This document shows, piece by piece, positions 27,345 to 35,774 of a DNA stretch of 50,850 nucleotides; the stretch's first letter is position 1, and each line of letters begins with the position of its first letter. The DNA lies in NCBI GenBank assembly GCA_041550235.1, contig JBFEPE010000004.1, positions 1 to 50,850 of the forward strand, given 5' to 3'. The position numbers were made by a program, and so were the translations under genes. The notes under the pieces are model-generated. The model was not told the DNA's origin, did not search any database, and worked only from the letters and a program-made list of their open reading frames with translations. Origin of the DNA: Minisyncoccia bacterium. Lineage in GTDB: Bacteria > Patescibacteriota > Minisyncoccia > UBA6257 > JAAZHW01.

Positions 27345-28166
27345 CTAATTTGATATACTGCTTTCTCTTCTATATAGAGAAGAAAGGGATTTTGGGAGGC
27401 TGGTGCTACCAATTCCATCTCTTGAAATTCCTCCGTGGAAATAATCAACTGGCACACTTGAAAATCCCTTTGCTGAAACAACAATATGGTCTAATAAATC
27501 AATCCCTAAAATCTTTCCTGCTTGAACCAACTGAGCGGTGATTCCAATATCTTCTGATGTTGGCTTGGAATTGCCCGATGGATGATTATGGGCAATAATC
27601 ACAGCAACTGCAGAATACTCAAAAGCAGGTCTAAAAACTTCTCTTGGGTGAACGATATTAGTTGTGAGGGTTCCGACAGATATCACCTCATCATGAACTA
27701 ATTGATAACGACTATTAAGATAGAGCCCTCTTAATTGTTCCTTGGGCATTTCTCTCATATCACTTAAATAATTATAAACTTGCTTAGCATTCCTAATGAT
27801 TGTTTGCCTGCCATTTTTCTTTTGAAAAAATCTTCTTCCCAATTCAAAAGTGGCAACTATTTGACAAGCCTTTGATTCAGAAATATTCAATTCCTTTTCT
27901 AATGTTTTTGGATTTTTCTCATTACAAATATTTTTCTCGCCATATTCCTTTAATATTCGTGATGACATAGCTAAGACATCTTCCTTTTTTGTCCCAACAC
28001 CCAAAATAATAGCCAAAAGTTCCTGAGAGCATAAGCCCTCCGGACCGCCCTTGATGAGCCTTTCCCTTGGTCTATCGCTTGTCTCAATATCCTTCATAGA
28101 CAAAGAATAATCTTTATCTGATTTATCAACAACTAAAACATTTTCCTTTATTTGATATTTTTTCAT
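27345..28166 (-). CDS. radC: RadC-family JAB-domain protein
   Basis: HhH-like N-terminus and the JAMM motif IIAHNHPSG. ATG start MKKYQIK is preferred over the TTG of the ORF track. Confidence 0.85.
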   Translation of the reverse strand: MKKYQIKENVLVVDKSDKDYSLSMKDIETSDRPRERLIKGGPEGLCSQELLAIILGVGTKKEDVLAMSSRILKEYGEKNICNEKNPKTLEKELNISESKACQIVATFELGRRFFQKKNGRQTIIRNAKQVYNYLSDMREMPKEQLRGLYLNSRYQLVHDEVISVGTLTTNIVHPREVFRPAFEYSAVAVIIAHNHPSGNSKPTSEDIGITAQLVQAGKILGIDLLDHIVVSAKGFSSVPVDYFHGGISRDGIGSTSLPKSLSSLYRRESSISN

Positions 28167-28404
28167 ATTAATAAATAACTTTAAATATAAGAAGGGGTAA
28201 TAGTAATAACTCAATATTTCTTAATTTAAAGTAAAAAATTAAATAATTTCCTGTATAGGAAAATTATTTATGAATATCGACATTAAATTTGAGATTATAT
28301 CCCTCAAAAAGCCAAATCCAATAATTAGTCATATATTGGCACTTTTGAAAAAAAAATCAAGTTCAAGCATTTGACTGCTTAAATTTATTCTCAGTAGAAG
28401 ACCC

Positions 28405-28641
28405 TCAAGTCTTATTGTCGCCTCCAGATTCTAATTCACTTGCATCATCTCCCTTACTCATTCCCGAACCATAATCGTAAGATCCTTTTTGGTCTGAGAG
28501 GTTTCTGAATGTCTGCTCGTGGAATTCAAACATATTAAATTGCTTGCAATTGCGACACTTTATTTCAATAAGACCATTTTTTAAATTGCCCTTGAAAAAA
28601 AGTTTGTTGCAATATTTGCATCTGTAATCTTGTAGATCCAT
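28405..28641 (-). CDS. Com-like zinc-finger protein
   Basis: RCKYCNKLFFKG...IEIKCRNCKQFN matches the phage Mu Com-type CxxC...CxxC finger. Confidence 0.55.
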   Translation of the reverse strand: MDLQDYRCKYCNKLFFKGNLKNGLIEIKCRNCKQFNMFEFHEQTFRNLSDQKGSYDYGSGMSKGDDASELESGGDNKT

Positions 28642-28695
28642 ATTTTTTCTAATTAAAACTGCGGGATAGATTATTTTTTAATCTCCTCTATTATC

Positions 28696-28797
28696 TTTTG
28701 CTTTTAGCCCTTTATTACTATTTCAGCCCCTCTACCCCCCCCCCGCCGAAGGCGGGGGGGGTAGTATTATTTGATTTTTTTGCTTTTAGCCCTTTAT
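28696..28797. repeat. GC palindrome (28732-28764) bracketed by a perfect 21-bp direct repeat
   Basis: TTTTGCTTTTAGCCCTTTATT occurs at 28696-28716 and 28777-28797. The palindrome is CTAC(C10)GCC-gaa-GGC(G8)TAG. Confidence 0.9.
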
Positions 28798-28967
28798 TTA
28801 ATTATACCAAACCCTCATAAAGATTTTATCAATTTTCCATAAATTTCTCATCAACTTTTTATTTCAAAAAAATATAATGCCTATGCATGCCTCCCTCAAA
28901 TTACAACTTTACCTTTTTATCTCTTGCATCAAATTAAATGGAAAACAAAAAAGCATCATAAAAGCAA

Positions 28968-29016
28968 ACCTCCCCCGCCTAGCCCCTGACTTGCAGGGAA
29001 CTGGGCGGGGGGGGGT
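28968..29016. repeat. Nested GC element downstream of pnp
   Basis: CCTCCCCCGCC...GGCGGGGGGGG encloses the inner hairpin CCCTGacttgCAGGG. Confidence 0.85.
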
Positions 29017-29081
29017 TGTTTTATTCTAAACGATTCTAAATCAAAGTGATAAATCAAAATTAATCTATCTAAAAACTTAAA

Positions 29082-31244
29082 CTAAAAATTCTTGAATTTT
29101 CTATCACTTCTCTTATTCCTCCTCTTTAAATCAACAACTTCAGCAGAACCATTATTCTCTATCATCGCCTTCATTGAAAGAGACAATCTGCCATCTTCAA
29201 CACGAATAACTTTTACCTTCACTTTCTGCCCAACCTTCAATGCATCCTCAACTTTTTCCGTCCGACTATGAGATATCTCAGAAATATGAACCATCCCATC
29301 TTGATATGGGTCCAATTGAACAAATGCCCCGAAGTCCATTATCTTCACAACTTCCCCTTCAACAATATCACCCACCTTATATTCCTTCGTCATATCCTCA
29401 ATCATTTTAATTGCCCTATCAACTCCCTCACTTTCTAACCCGGTAACAAAGATTGAGCCATCATCATCAATATCAATTTCTGTTTTTGTTTTTTCCATAA
29501 TATCCTTGATTGTTTTTCCACCCGAACCAATCACCATCCCAATCTTATCAGGATCAATTTTTGTAGAAGATATTTTTGGAGCAAAAGGAGATAATTCCTT
29601 TCTTGGCTCCTTTATCGTCTCTTCTATTTTTTCAATAATTTTTAATCTAGCATTTTTCGCTTGCTCTAATGTCTTCTCAATCATTTCCAATGTAATGCCC
29701 TTTATCTTAACATCTAATTGACAAGCAGTTATTCCATCTCTCGTCCCAGCAATCTTCAAATCCATATCGCCATAGTGATCTTCTGGTCCTTGAATATCAG
29801 TGAGAACCTTATATTCATCATTTTTTCCCAATATCAACCCCATCGCAATTCCAGCGACTGGCTTTTTAATAGGCACACCAGCATCCATAAGAGCCAAAAC
29901 AGAACCGCAAGCGGATGCCATTGATGACGAACCATTTGATGATAAAATTTCGGAAACAACCCGAATTGTATAAGGAAATTCGCTCTTATTAGGAATGATT
30001 GGCAAAAGCGCTTTCTCTGCCAATGCTCCATGTCCAATCTCTCTTCTGCCGGGACCCCTCATTGGCCTTGCTTCTCCAACTGAAAATGGAGGAAAGTTGT
30101 AATGATGAATAAAGTTTTTCTCTCCGGAAAATTCAATATTTTCAATAGTCAATCCCCTCCCCGGCGAAGCAAGGGTGATGTTTGATAAGGCATGAGTGAG
30201 TCCTCTCATAAATAATCCTGACCCATGAACCCTCTTTGGCAAAACATCTACCTCGCAATATATCTCCCTTATCTCATCCAATTTTCTTCCATCAGGTCTT
30301 TTCTCAGATTCCAATATATTTTTTGAAACAATTTTCCCAATTTCTTCTTCCATAATATTCATTGCATCCTTTATCAAATCACTTTTTTCTTGTCCAACGA
30401 GCCACTCCTTCAATTCAAATTCTACATCCCTTAAGTCGTCTTTCATTTTTTGTTTTTGCCCAGCATATATTGCTTTTTCTAATCCCTTTTCTTTCAAAAA
30501 ATTAATCACTTCGTTTTTAAATCCTACATTCTCAACTATATTAATTTCTTTTTTATCTATTCCTATTTCGGAAACGATTTTTCTTTGCCATTCATTTATT
30601 TTTTCCGCTTCATTTATCGCCATTTCCATTGATTCCACTATTTCTTTTTCAATTGCCTCATCCGTTCCAACCTCTATCATATTTATTCTTTTATCAATCA
30701 CACTGGCAAAAACATCAAAATTATTTTTTTCTCTCTCTTCATAAGTAGAATTCACTTTCAACTGATTATTCTCATCTTTCCCAATTCTTAATCCTGAAAT
30801 AGGACCACCCCAAGGGATGTCTGATGTTGCCAACGCTAATGAAGCGGCCGTTAGTGCCACAAAATCTGGATCATTAGCATCATCAATTGATAAGACAGAG
30901 AGGACTATTTGAACCTCACTTCTTAATCTGTCATCAAACAGAGGACGAAGAGTTCGGTCTATCAATCGCCCTGTGAGAATGGCATTATCAGTTGGACGAT
31001 TTTCTCTTCTAATAAATCTACTGCCTAATATTTTTCCAACGGCATAAAATTTCTCAGAGTATTCAACTGTGAGAGGGAAATAATCAAGCCCTTCTCTTTC
31101 CTCTCCCATTGTTGCAGTTGCTAAAACGGTGGTTTCTCCATATTGAACTAATACGGAGCCATTTGTTTGAGGTGCTAAATCAGAAAAAGTTGCCTTTAAC
31201 TGTCGCCCACCTACCTCAATAGTATATTCTTTTTCTTTTTTCAT
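29082..31244 (-). CDS. pnp: Polyribonucleotide nucleotidyltransferase (PNPase)
   Basis: Two RNase PH domains plus KH and S1 (GDIVEGEVVKIMDFGAFV). Start set at MKKEKEY because the longer ORF runs through the GC palindrome at 31281-31309. Confidence 0.95.
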   Translation of the reverse strand: MKKEKEYTIEVGGRQLKATFSDLAPQTNGSVLVQYGETTVLATATMGEEREGLDYFPLTVEYSEKFYAVGKILGSRFIRRENRPTDNAILTGRLIDRTLRPLFDDRLRSEVQIVLSVLSIDDANDPDFVALTAASLALATSDIPWGGPISGLRIGKDENNQLKVNSTYEEREKNNFDVFASVIDKRINMIEVGTDEAIEKEIVESMEMAINEAEKINEWQRKIVSEIGIDKKEINIVENVGFKNEVINFLKEKGLEKAIYAGQKQKMKDDLRDVEFELKEWLVGQEKSDLIKDAMNIMEEEIGKIVSKNILESEKRPDGRKLDEIREIYCEVDVLPKRVHGSGLFMRGLTHALSNITLASPGRGLTIENIEFSGEKNFIHHYNFPPFSVGEARPMRGPGRREIGHGALAEKALLPIIPNKSEFPYTIRVVSEILSSNGSSSMASACGSVLALMDAGVPIKKPVAGIAMGLILGKNDEYKVLTDIQGPEDHYGDMDLKIAGTRDGITACQLDVKIKGITLEMIEKTLEQAKNARLKIIEKIEETIKEPRKELSPFAPKISSTKIDPDKIGMVIGSGGKTIKDIMEKTKTEIDIDDDGSIFVTGLESEGVDRAIKMIEDMTKEYKVGDIVEGEVVKIMDFGAFVQLDPYQDGMVHISEISHSRTEKVEDALKVGQKVKVKVIRVEDGRLSLSMKAMIENNGSAEVVDLKRRNKRSDRKFKNF

Positions 31245-31280
31245 ATTTTTTATATTTATATTTATATTTTTGTCGTGCCT

Positions 31281-31309
31281 ATCCTCCCCCGCCGTAGGCG
31301 GGGGAGGAT
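31281..31309. repeat. GC-core perfect palindrome (13-bp arms)
   Basis: ATCCTCCCCCGCC-gta-GGCGGGGGAGGAT. Confidence 0.9.
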
Positions 31310-31467
31310 TCATGATTAAATATTCTATATATCTATATTCTATTTTTTTATATCAAAAAGTCAAAGATTATTAAATTCATTTACATTATTTTTTGAAAAT
31401 AAAAAAAGACCTGCGCAATCACTTTCTGCAATTGGAGGTCTTAATCAATAGACGATCATCCGCTCTT

Positions 31468-32112
31468 TTATTGTTTTTTTACCAACCTCTTAACTTTGTC
31501 AAGGCCAAACCTCTCCCAAAAAATCTCATCGGAGCCGGGAAAGGCGACAGCGGGAGGAAAATTAACTACCCATAGTTCCTTAAAATTTTTCCCTAAAAAT
31601 GGATTAATTTCAGAAATCCAACCGAGAATATTTTTGATTAAAACACCGACTCTCATCCGCTTATTGCTTATTACCCTCTGCTCAAACCCATGGATAATAT
31701 GAGGGCAATGCCCAAGAAGCTCAGAATAATCTTCAGGGAAACATTTAAAATCTTTGAGGTCATATCTAGATAAATAATCTGCAGAATCATCCTTATCCGT
31801 CATCCTCCCTGGCGCCTCATCTTCCTTGTGCTGAATATAAAGATTTATATACCAATTTACTCGCACCTCCTCGCTAACATAATAATCGTCTTCGCATAAA
31901 GTCATTTTGACAATTAGACTTTTTTCTTTTAGACGAAAAAATAATGATGTAATTCTACCAATTGTAACCGGAATATAATAATCTTTCCCTTCTTCAGTAC
32001 TTATTTGAACCATGGCAATAAATTCAAACCCATTCCCTATCATTTTCTCCTTGACTTTTTCAAAATACTTTTTGCCCGTTAATTGTTTTAATGTTTTTTT
32101 GCTTGCCATCAT
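31468..32112 (-). CDS. Hypothetical protein
   Basis: 214 aa ORF with strong RBS TAGGAGGTattATG; no recognised motif. Confidence 0.55.
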   Translation of the reverse strand: MMASKKTLKQLTGKKYFEKVKEKMIGNGFEFIAMVQISTEEGKDYYIPVTIGRITSLFFRLKEKSLIVKMTLCEDDYYVSEEVRVNWYINLYIQHKEDEAPGRMTDKDDSADYLSRYDLKDFKCFPEDYSELLGHCPHIIHGFEQRVISNKRMRVGVLIKNILGWISEINPFLGKNFKELWVVNFPPAVAFPGSDEIFWERFGLDKVKRLVKKQ

Positions 32113-32188
32113 AATACCTCCTAAAATTATTTTTATTATATTTTCTTTTTTTAATTCAGGGTGAATTTACCATCCGAAATCCAAATAC

Positions 32189-32217
32189 ATCATATCACAC
32201 ATCTTTACAGATGTCAA
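32189..32217 (-). promoter_or_regulatory. Sigma70-type promoter with TGTGA-extended -10
   Basis: Minus strand TTGACA-N17-TATGAT. Confidence 0.5.
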
Positions 32218-32313
32218 TAGTGATGCGGGAGACACGAATATTGATTAAAATTAAAATTGTGGTATTATTGGGATATTGATTTTTGAATAAATAAATATAT
32301 AATCAAATAAACT

Positions 32314-32502
32314 ATGAAAATTGCGAAATTAAGTTCTTTTTTAAAAGAAGTGAGAGTTGAATTCAAGCATGTAAATTGGCTCACAAAAAAGGAAGTAACA
32401 AATTACACAATTATCGTGATTGTTTTCTCATTAGCATTAGCCCTATTCTTAGGATTGTTTGACTTTATATTCAACTTCGCATTAGTAGAATTTGTGTTTT
32501 AA
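32314..32502 (+). CDS. secE: Preprotein translocase subunit SecE
   Basis: 62 aa with EVRVEFKHVNWLTKKEV followed by a single TM helix. Located upstream of nusG. Confidence 0.8.
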   Translation: MKIAKLSSFLKEVRVEFKHVNWLTKKEVTNYTIIVIVFSLALALFLGLFDFIFNFALVEFVF

Positions 32503-32526
32503 TATAATAAAAACTTTCTCCGGCAA

Positions 32527-32568
32527 CCTGTCCGCCTTTGGCGGACTTTGGCGGACGGGAATGACAGG
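32527..32568. repeat. GC-rich element with one left arm and two tandem right arms
   Basis: GTCCGCC-tttg-GCGGAC-tttg-GCGGAC, plus an outer CCTGTC/GACAGG pair. Confidence 0.8.
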
Positions 32569-32609
32569 AAAAAAACAAATATCTTATTTCATAATAAAAA
32601 CAAAAAAAT

Positions 32610-33182
32610 ATGGAAGAAAAAAATAATAAAAATGATGAAAAAAAAGAATTGCCAGCAGGTAAATACTGGTATGCAATTCACACCTATTCCGGCTATGAAG
32701 ATGCCGTCGCAAGATACTTGAAACAAAGAGTAGAATCTTTGGATATGGGCGACAAAATTTTCAATGTAATAGTTCCAAAAGAAAAGAAAATCAAAATAAA
32801 GGGTGGTAAAAAACATACCATTGAGGAAAAAATATACCCCGGCTATGTTATGGTAGAAATGATATTGGCAGAAGATTCATGGTATGTCGTCCGAAACACC
32901 CCTCATGTTACCGGCTTTATTGGAGCAGACTCAACAATGCCATCACCACTTGGAGATGCTGAAGTAGATGAATTATTGGGAAAGATGAAGCCAGAAGAAC
33001 CAAAATATCTGATTGATTTGGAAGTGGGCGATATTATAAAGATAACGGATGGTCCATTCAAAGACCATGATGGTAAGGTGAGTGAAATGGATGAAGCAAA
33101 TTCAAAAGTAAAGGTCTTAGTCACGATCTTTGGAAGAGAAACCCCCGTGGAATTAGATTTCTTTCAAGTAAAGAAGATATAG
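32610..33182 (+). CDS. nusG: Transcription termination/antitermination factor NusG
   Basis: WYAIHTYSGYE (NGN domain), C-terminal KOW GDIIKITDGPFKDHDGKV. Confidence 0.9.
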   Translation: MEEKNNKNDEKKELPAGKYWYAIHTYSGYEDAVARYLKQRVESLDMGDKIFNVIVPKEKKIKIKGGKKHTIEEKIYPGYVMVEMILAEDSWYVVRNTPHVTGFIGADSTMPSPLGDAEVDELLGKMKPEEPKYLIDLEVGDIIKITDGPFKDHDGKVSEMDEANSKVKVLVTIFGRETPVELDFFQVKKI

Positions 33183-33199
33183 TAAATAAGACAATGCTA

Positions 33200-33230
33200 T
33201 CAGCCCCCCCGCCTACGGCGGGGGGGCTGA
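33200..33230. repeat. GC-core perfect palindrome (14-bp arms) between nusG and rplK
   Basis: TCAGCCCCCCCGCC-tac-GGCGGGGGGGCTGA. Confidence 0.9.
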
Positions 33231-33270
33231 AGATAAACTATTCACAATCCAAAAAAATATACTTAAAAAT

Positions 33271-33690
33271 ATGAAACCAGTAAAATCAATGATAAAACTT
33301 CAAATTCCTGCAGGAAAAGCAAATCCTGCTCCACCAGTTGGCCCAGCACTTGGTCAGCACGGAGTTAATATTGGCGATTTCGTTAATAAGTTTAATGATG
33401 CTACAAAAGATAAGATGGGCAGTATTATCCCCGTAGAAATAACCGTTTATGAGGATAGATCATTTGATTTCAAATTAAAAACTCCCCCTGCCTCAGACTT
33501 ATTGAGAAAAGCTGCTGGTATAGAGAAGGGTTCCGGTGTCCCAAATAGAAGCAAGGTTGGGAAAATAAGCAAATCTCAGTTAAGAGAAATTGCAGAGAAA
33601 AAAATAGATGATTTAAATACAGATGATATTGAGATGGCAATGAGAATTATTGGTGGCACAGCCAAAAATATGGGCATAGAGATAGAGTAG
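33271..33690 (+). CDS. rplK: Ribosomal protein L11
   Basis: [27 protein letters not shown]. Confidence 0.95.
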   Translation: MKPVKSMIKLQIPAGKANPAPPVGPALGQHGVNIGDFVNKFNDATKDKMGSIIPVEITVYEDRSFDFKLKTPPASDLLRKAAGIEKGSGVPNRSKVGKISKSQLREIAEKKIDDLNTDDIEMAMRIIGGTAKNMGIEIE

Positions 33691-33722
33691 AAATTTATCC
33701 ATTTAAATATCTTTTTCAAAAA

Positions 33723-33748
33723 ATAGCCAAAGATTAATCTTTGGCTAT
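33723..33748. terminator. Bidirectional terminator between rplK and the convergent peptidase gene
   Basis: ATAGCCAAAGAT-ta-ATCTTTGGCTAT flanked by an A-run and a T-run. Confidence 0.75.
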
Positions 33749-33769
33749 TTTTTATTATTTGCCTCACAA

Positions 33770-34390
33770 TCATATCTTAATATGCTTAATATTATTATTC
33801 TTAATAATCACCACTTCCCCATCTCTTAATTCCTTAATCTCATAATCTACTCTATCTTTATAAGGTTTCAAAATTTTTTCTTCCTCTTCTACATAATGAG
33901 GAGAATAAACGACATCAATCAAATCCAATCCCATTGTGTCTTTAAGATTGGTTATTGATTTATCATCCCAAGGCTCGGCTATTTCTATATCAGGGCCAAC
34001 AAGAACCGTCCCAGCACTCACCCCGACATATACACCCATATCCCTATCAAGATATTCTCTAATTGCCTTATCAAATCCACTTTCTCGGACTTTTTCTAAA
34101 AGATAGAAGGTATTTCCGCCATCTACAAAAATAACATCAAAATCCATCAGGTCATTAAAAGAAATTGGCTTATCTAAATTCAAATCAGTTATATTATTAG
34201 CCAAAATCCCCATTTCTTCTAATTCTTTTCTGTCCGTAAGCATAAATGATTTATCTTTTTCGGGAATAGAGGCGGTAGGAATAAAAGCCACTCTTATCTC
34301 ATTCGGCTTTTTGCCAACAAAATCTAAAAATTCTTCTCTTATTTTTTGGCTTTCTTTTGGAAAAGCATTTGATGTTAAAAATAGTCTCAT
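33770..34390 (-). CDS. Peptidase S51 (dipeptidase E-like)
   Basis: FVDGGNTFYLL and the nucleophile motif GVSAGT. Confidence 0.7.
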   Translation of the reverse strand: MRLFLTSNAFPKESQKIREEFLDFVGKKPNEIRVAFIPTASIPEKDKSFMLTDRKELEEMGILANNITDLNLDKPISFNDLMDFDVIFVDGGNTFYLLEKVRESGFDKAIREYLDRDMGVYVGVSAGTVLVGPDIEIAEPWDDKSITNLKDTMGLDLIDVVYSPHYVEEEEKILKPYKDRVDYEIKELRDGEVVIIKNNNIKHIKI

Positions 34391-34428
34391 ATATTTACAT
34401 TATATCCATAATTTAATTACAATAATTC

Positions 34429-34995
34429 TCACATTGATTTAGCGACAATAGATTTGCCCTTCTTATACTCTTTTCTCGCCTCTTTGATAGATTTCTGAAG
34501 TTCATCAGAAGAAATCAAATCTTTATCTAATTCAATTTTCTTTGACATATAAACATCATGATGATTGCCATGCTTCTTAATTCTATCCACTTTAAAACCC
34601 AACTTCTTATAATATTCCGGCAAACTCTTTTCTTTGGCACAATCCAACAATAATTTTTTAAATTTTTTCTTTTTAGCTATTTTCTCAACCTCATCTATAA
34701 GCGATTTAGCAATTCCCTTATTTCTATATTTTTTAGAGACTACCAATTTATAAATATATAGATTATTGCCCTCTAATATCCTATATCTAATAACCCCAAT
34801 TATCCTATTATTATGCTCGGCAATTAAAACAAAAAATCCCTTGTTTTTAAATATTTCTTCAACATTTTTAGGTTCCCCTGATTTTGTAATCAAGCCACCT
34901 TCTTTATATGGCACCTCATAAGCCCTTTTTGTAAGAGAAATAATTTTCTTCAAATCTTCAATTTTCCCCCGCCTTATTTTATATTCCATAATCAC
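34429..34995 (-). CDS. GNAT family N-acetyltransferase
   Basis: VVSKKYRNKGIAKSLI (motif A Q/RxxGxG/A-like), YKKLGF. Confidence 0.8.
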   Translation of the reverse strand: MIMEYKIRRGKIEDLKKIISLTKRAYEVPYKEGGLITKSGEPKNVEEIFKNKGFFVLIAEHNNRIIGVIRYRILEGNNLYIYKLVVSKKYRNKGIAKSLIDEVEKIAKKKKFKKLLLDCAKEKSLPEYYKKLGFKVDRIKKHGNHHDVYMSKKIELDKDLISSDELQKSIKEARKEYKKGKSIVAKSM

Positions 34996-35097
34996 GACTT
35001 AATATGTTTAATTACTATTCATATCTATATAATATATCTCATATTTATCTATCGTCAAATATTAAATCATAAAAATCTTGCTCGCCATTATCTACTC

Positions 35098-35125
35098 TTG
35101 ACAAATTCTTTATTTGTGATATAAT
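35098..35125 (+). promoter_or_regulatory. Sigma70-type promoter with perfect extended -10
   Basis: TTGACA-N16-TATAAT with TGa immediately upstream (tgtgaTATAAT). Confidence 0.6.
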
Positions 35126-35151
35126 GTAAGCAGAAATTGAAAAACGGTTAT

Positions 35152-35203
35152 CCGTGGGAAAGTGATTTTTGGGGAAAAATCGCCAACAATCACTTTCTCA
35201 TGG
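35152..35203 (+). promoter_or_regulatory. Long stem-loop in the ~127-nt 5' leader of ORF 35259
   Basis: CCGUGGGAAAGUGAUU-20 nt-AAUCACUUUCUCAUGG gives 16 bp, including two G-U pairs that form only in the plus-strand RNA. Confidence 0.5.
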
Positions 35204-35258
35204 AACTCTCACCTGCTCTTGAGTGGGGAGAAAAAGACCAGAGAAAAGGAGGTAGTCA

Positions 35259-35672
35259 ATGAAAACATCGACTACAAAAGCGGTAAGGCCGATCAGTAGA
35301 GCACTGGTGTTATACAAGTGTCAGGAATGTGGAAAAACTTTTTCCACTTGGACTCCGGTTGAGAAATTAATCCTCTCAGGTGATGGTTGTTGGATAACAG
35401 GGACGAAAGAAGGAAAGCCTTGTTATGCCTGCGGTAATTCAACTCATGAAAACTGCCGCTGGTATTCAGGGTTTTCAAGTGAGTGGGATGATTCTGTTCC
35501 AGCAGCCAGATTCTTAAAAGTTCTTGATGTAAATTATAAACAGCATGTTTATGATCCGAGTTGGGGGAATGACGGAAAAGGGGCTTACTACTTGAAATTC
35601 CAACAGCAATCTGACGGAAAGTGGAAATGGACACAAGAGGGTCCATTCAAAGGCAGACCTGCATGGATGTAA
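35259..35672 (+). CDS. Cysteine-rich hypothetical protein (putative zinc ribbon at N-terminus)
   Basis: RBS AAAGGAGGtagtcaATG; CQECGK...CYACGN...C. Visibly higher G+C than its neighbours. Confidence 0.6.
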   Translation: MKTSTTKAVRPISRALVLYKCQECGKTFSTWTPVEKLILSGDGCWITGTKEGKPCYACGNSTHENCRWYSGFSSEWDDSVPAARFLKVLDVNYKQHVYDPSWGNDGKGAYYLKFQQQSDGKWKWTQEGPFKGRPAWM

Positions 35673-35696
35673 ATCCATGATGGCATAGTAATAAAA

Positions 35697-35730
35697 AAGG
35701 CAATCACCACCAAAGGAGATTGCCTTTTTT
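35697..35730 (+). terminator. Intrinsic terminator
   Basis: AAGGCAATC-12 nt-GATTGCCTT followed by TTTT. Confidence 0.75.
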
Positions 35731-35774
35731 CGTTATCAATTAATTTTATTCATGTTCATAATATTCTCATGCGA

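Noticed and set aside
31245-31313. N-terminal extension of pnp (MNPPPPTAGEDRH...)
   Set aside because: The extension is the translation of the GC palindrome at 31281-31309. PNPase homology begins at MKKEKEYTIEVGGR.
12184-32175. 19/20-nt match between coding sequence 12184-12203 and the leader at 32156-32175 (TCAGGGTGAATTT(G/A)CCATCC)
   Set aside because: It is a single short match with no extended similarity. The expected number of such matches by chance in a 50-kb window is of order 0.1-1.
35293-35646. 117-aa minus-strand ORF
   Set aside because: It lies fully inside and antisense to the plus-strand ORF, which has a consensus promoter, a strong RBS and a terminator.
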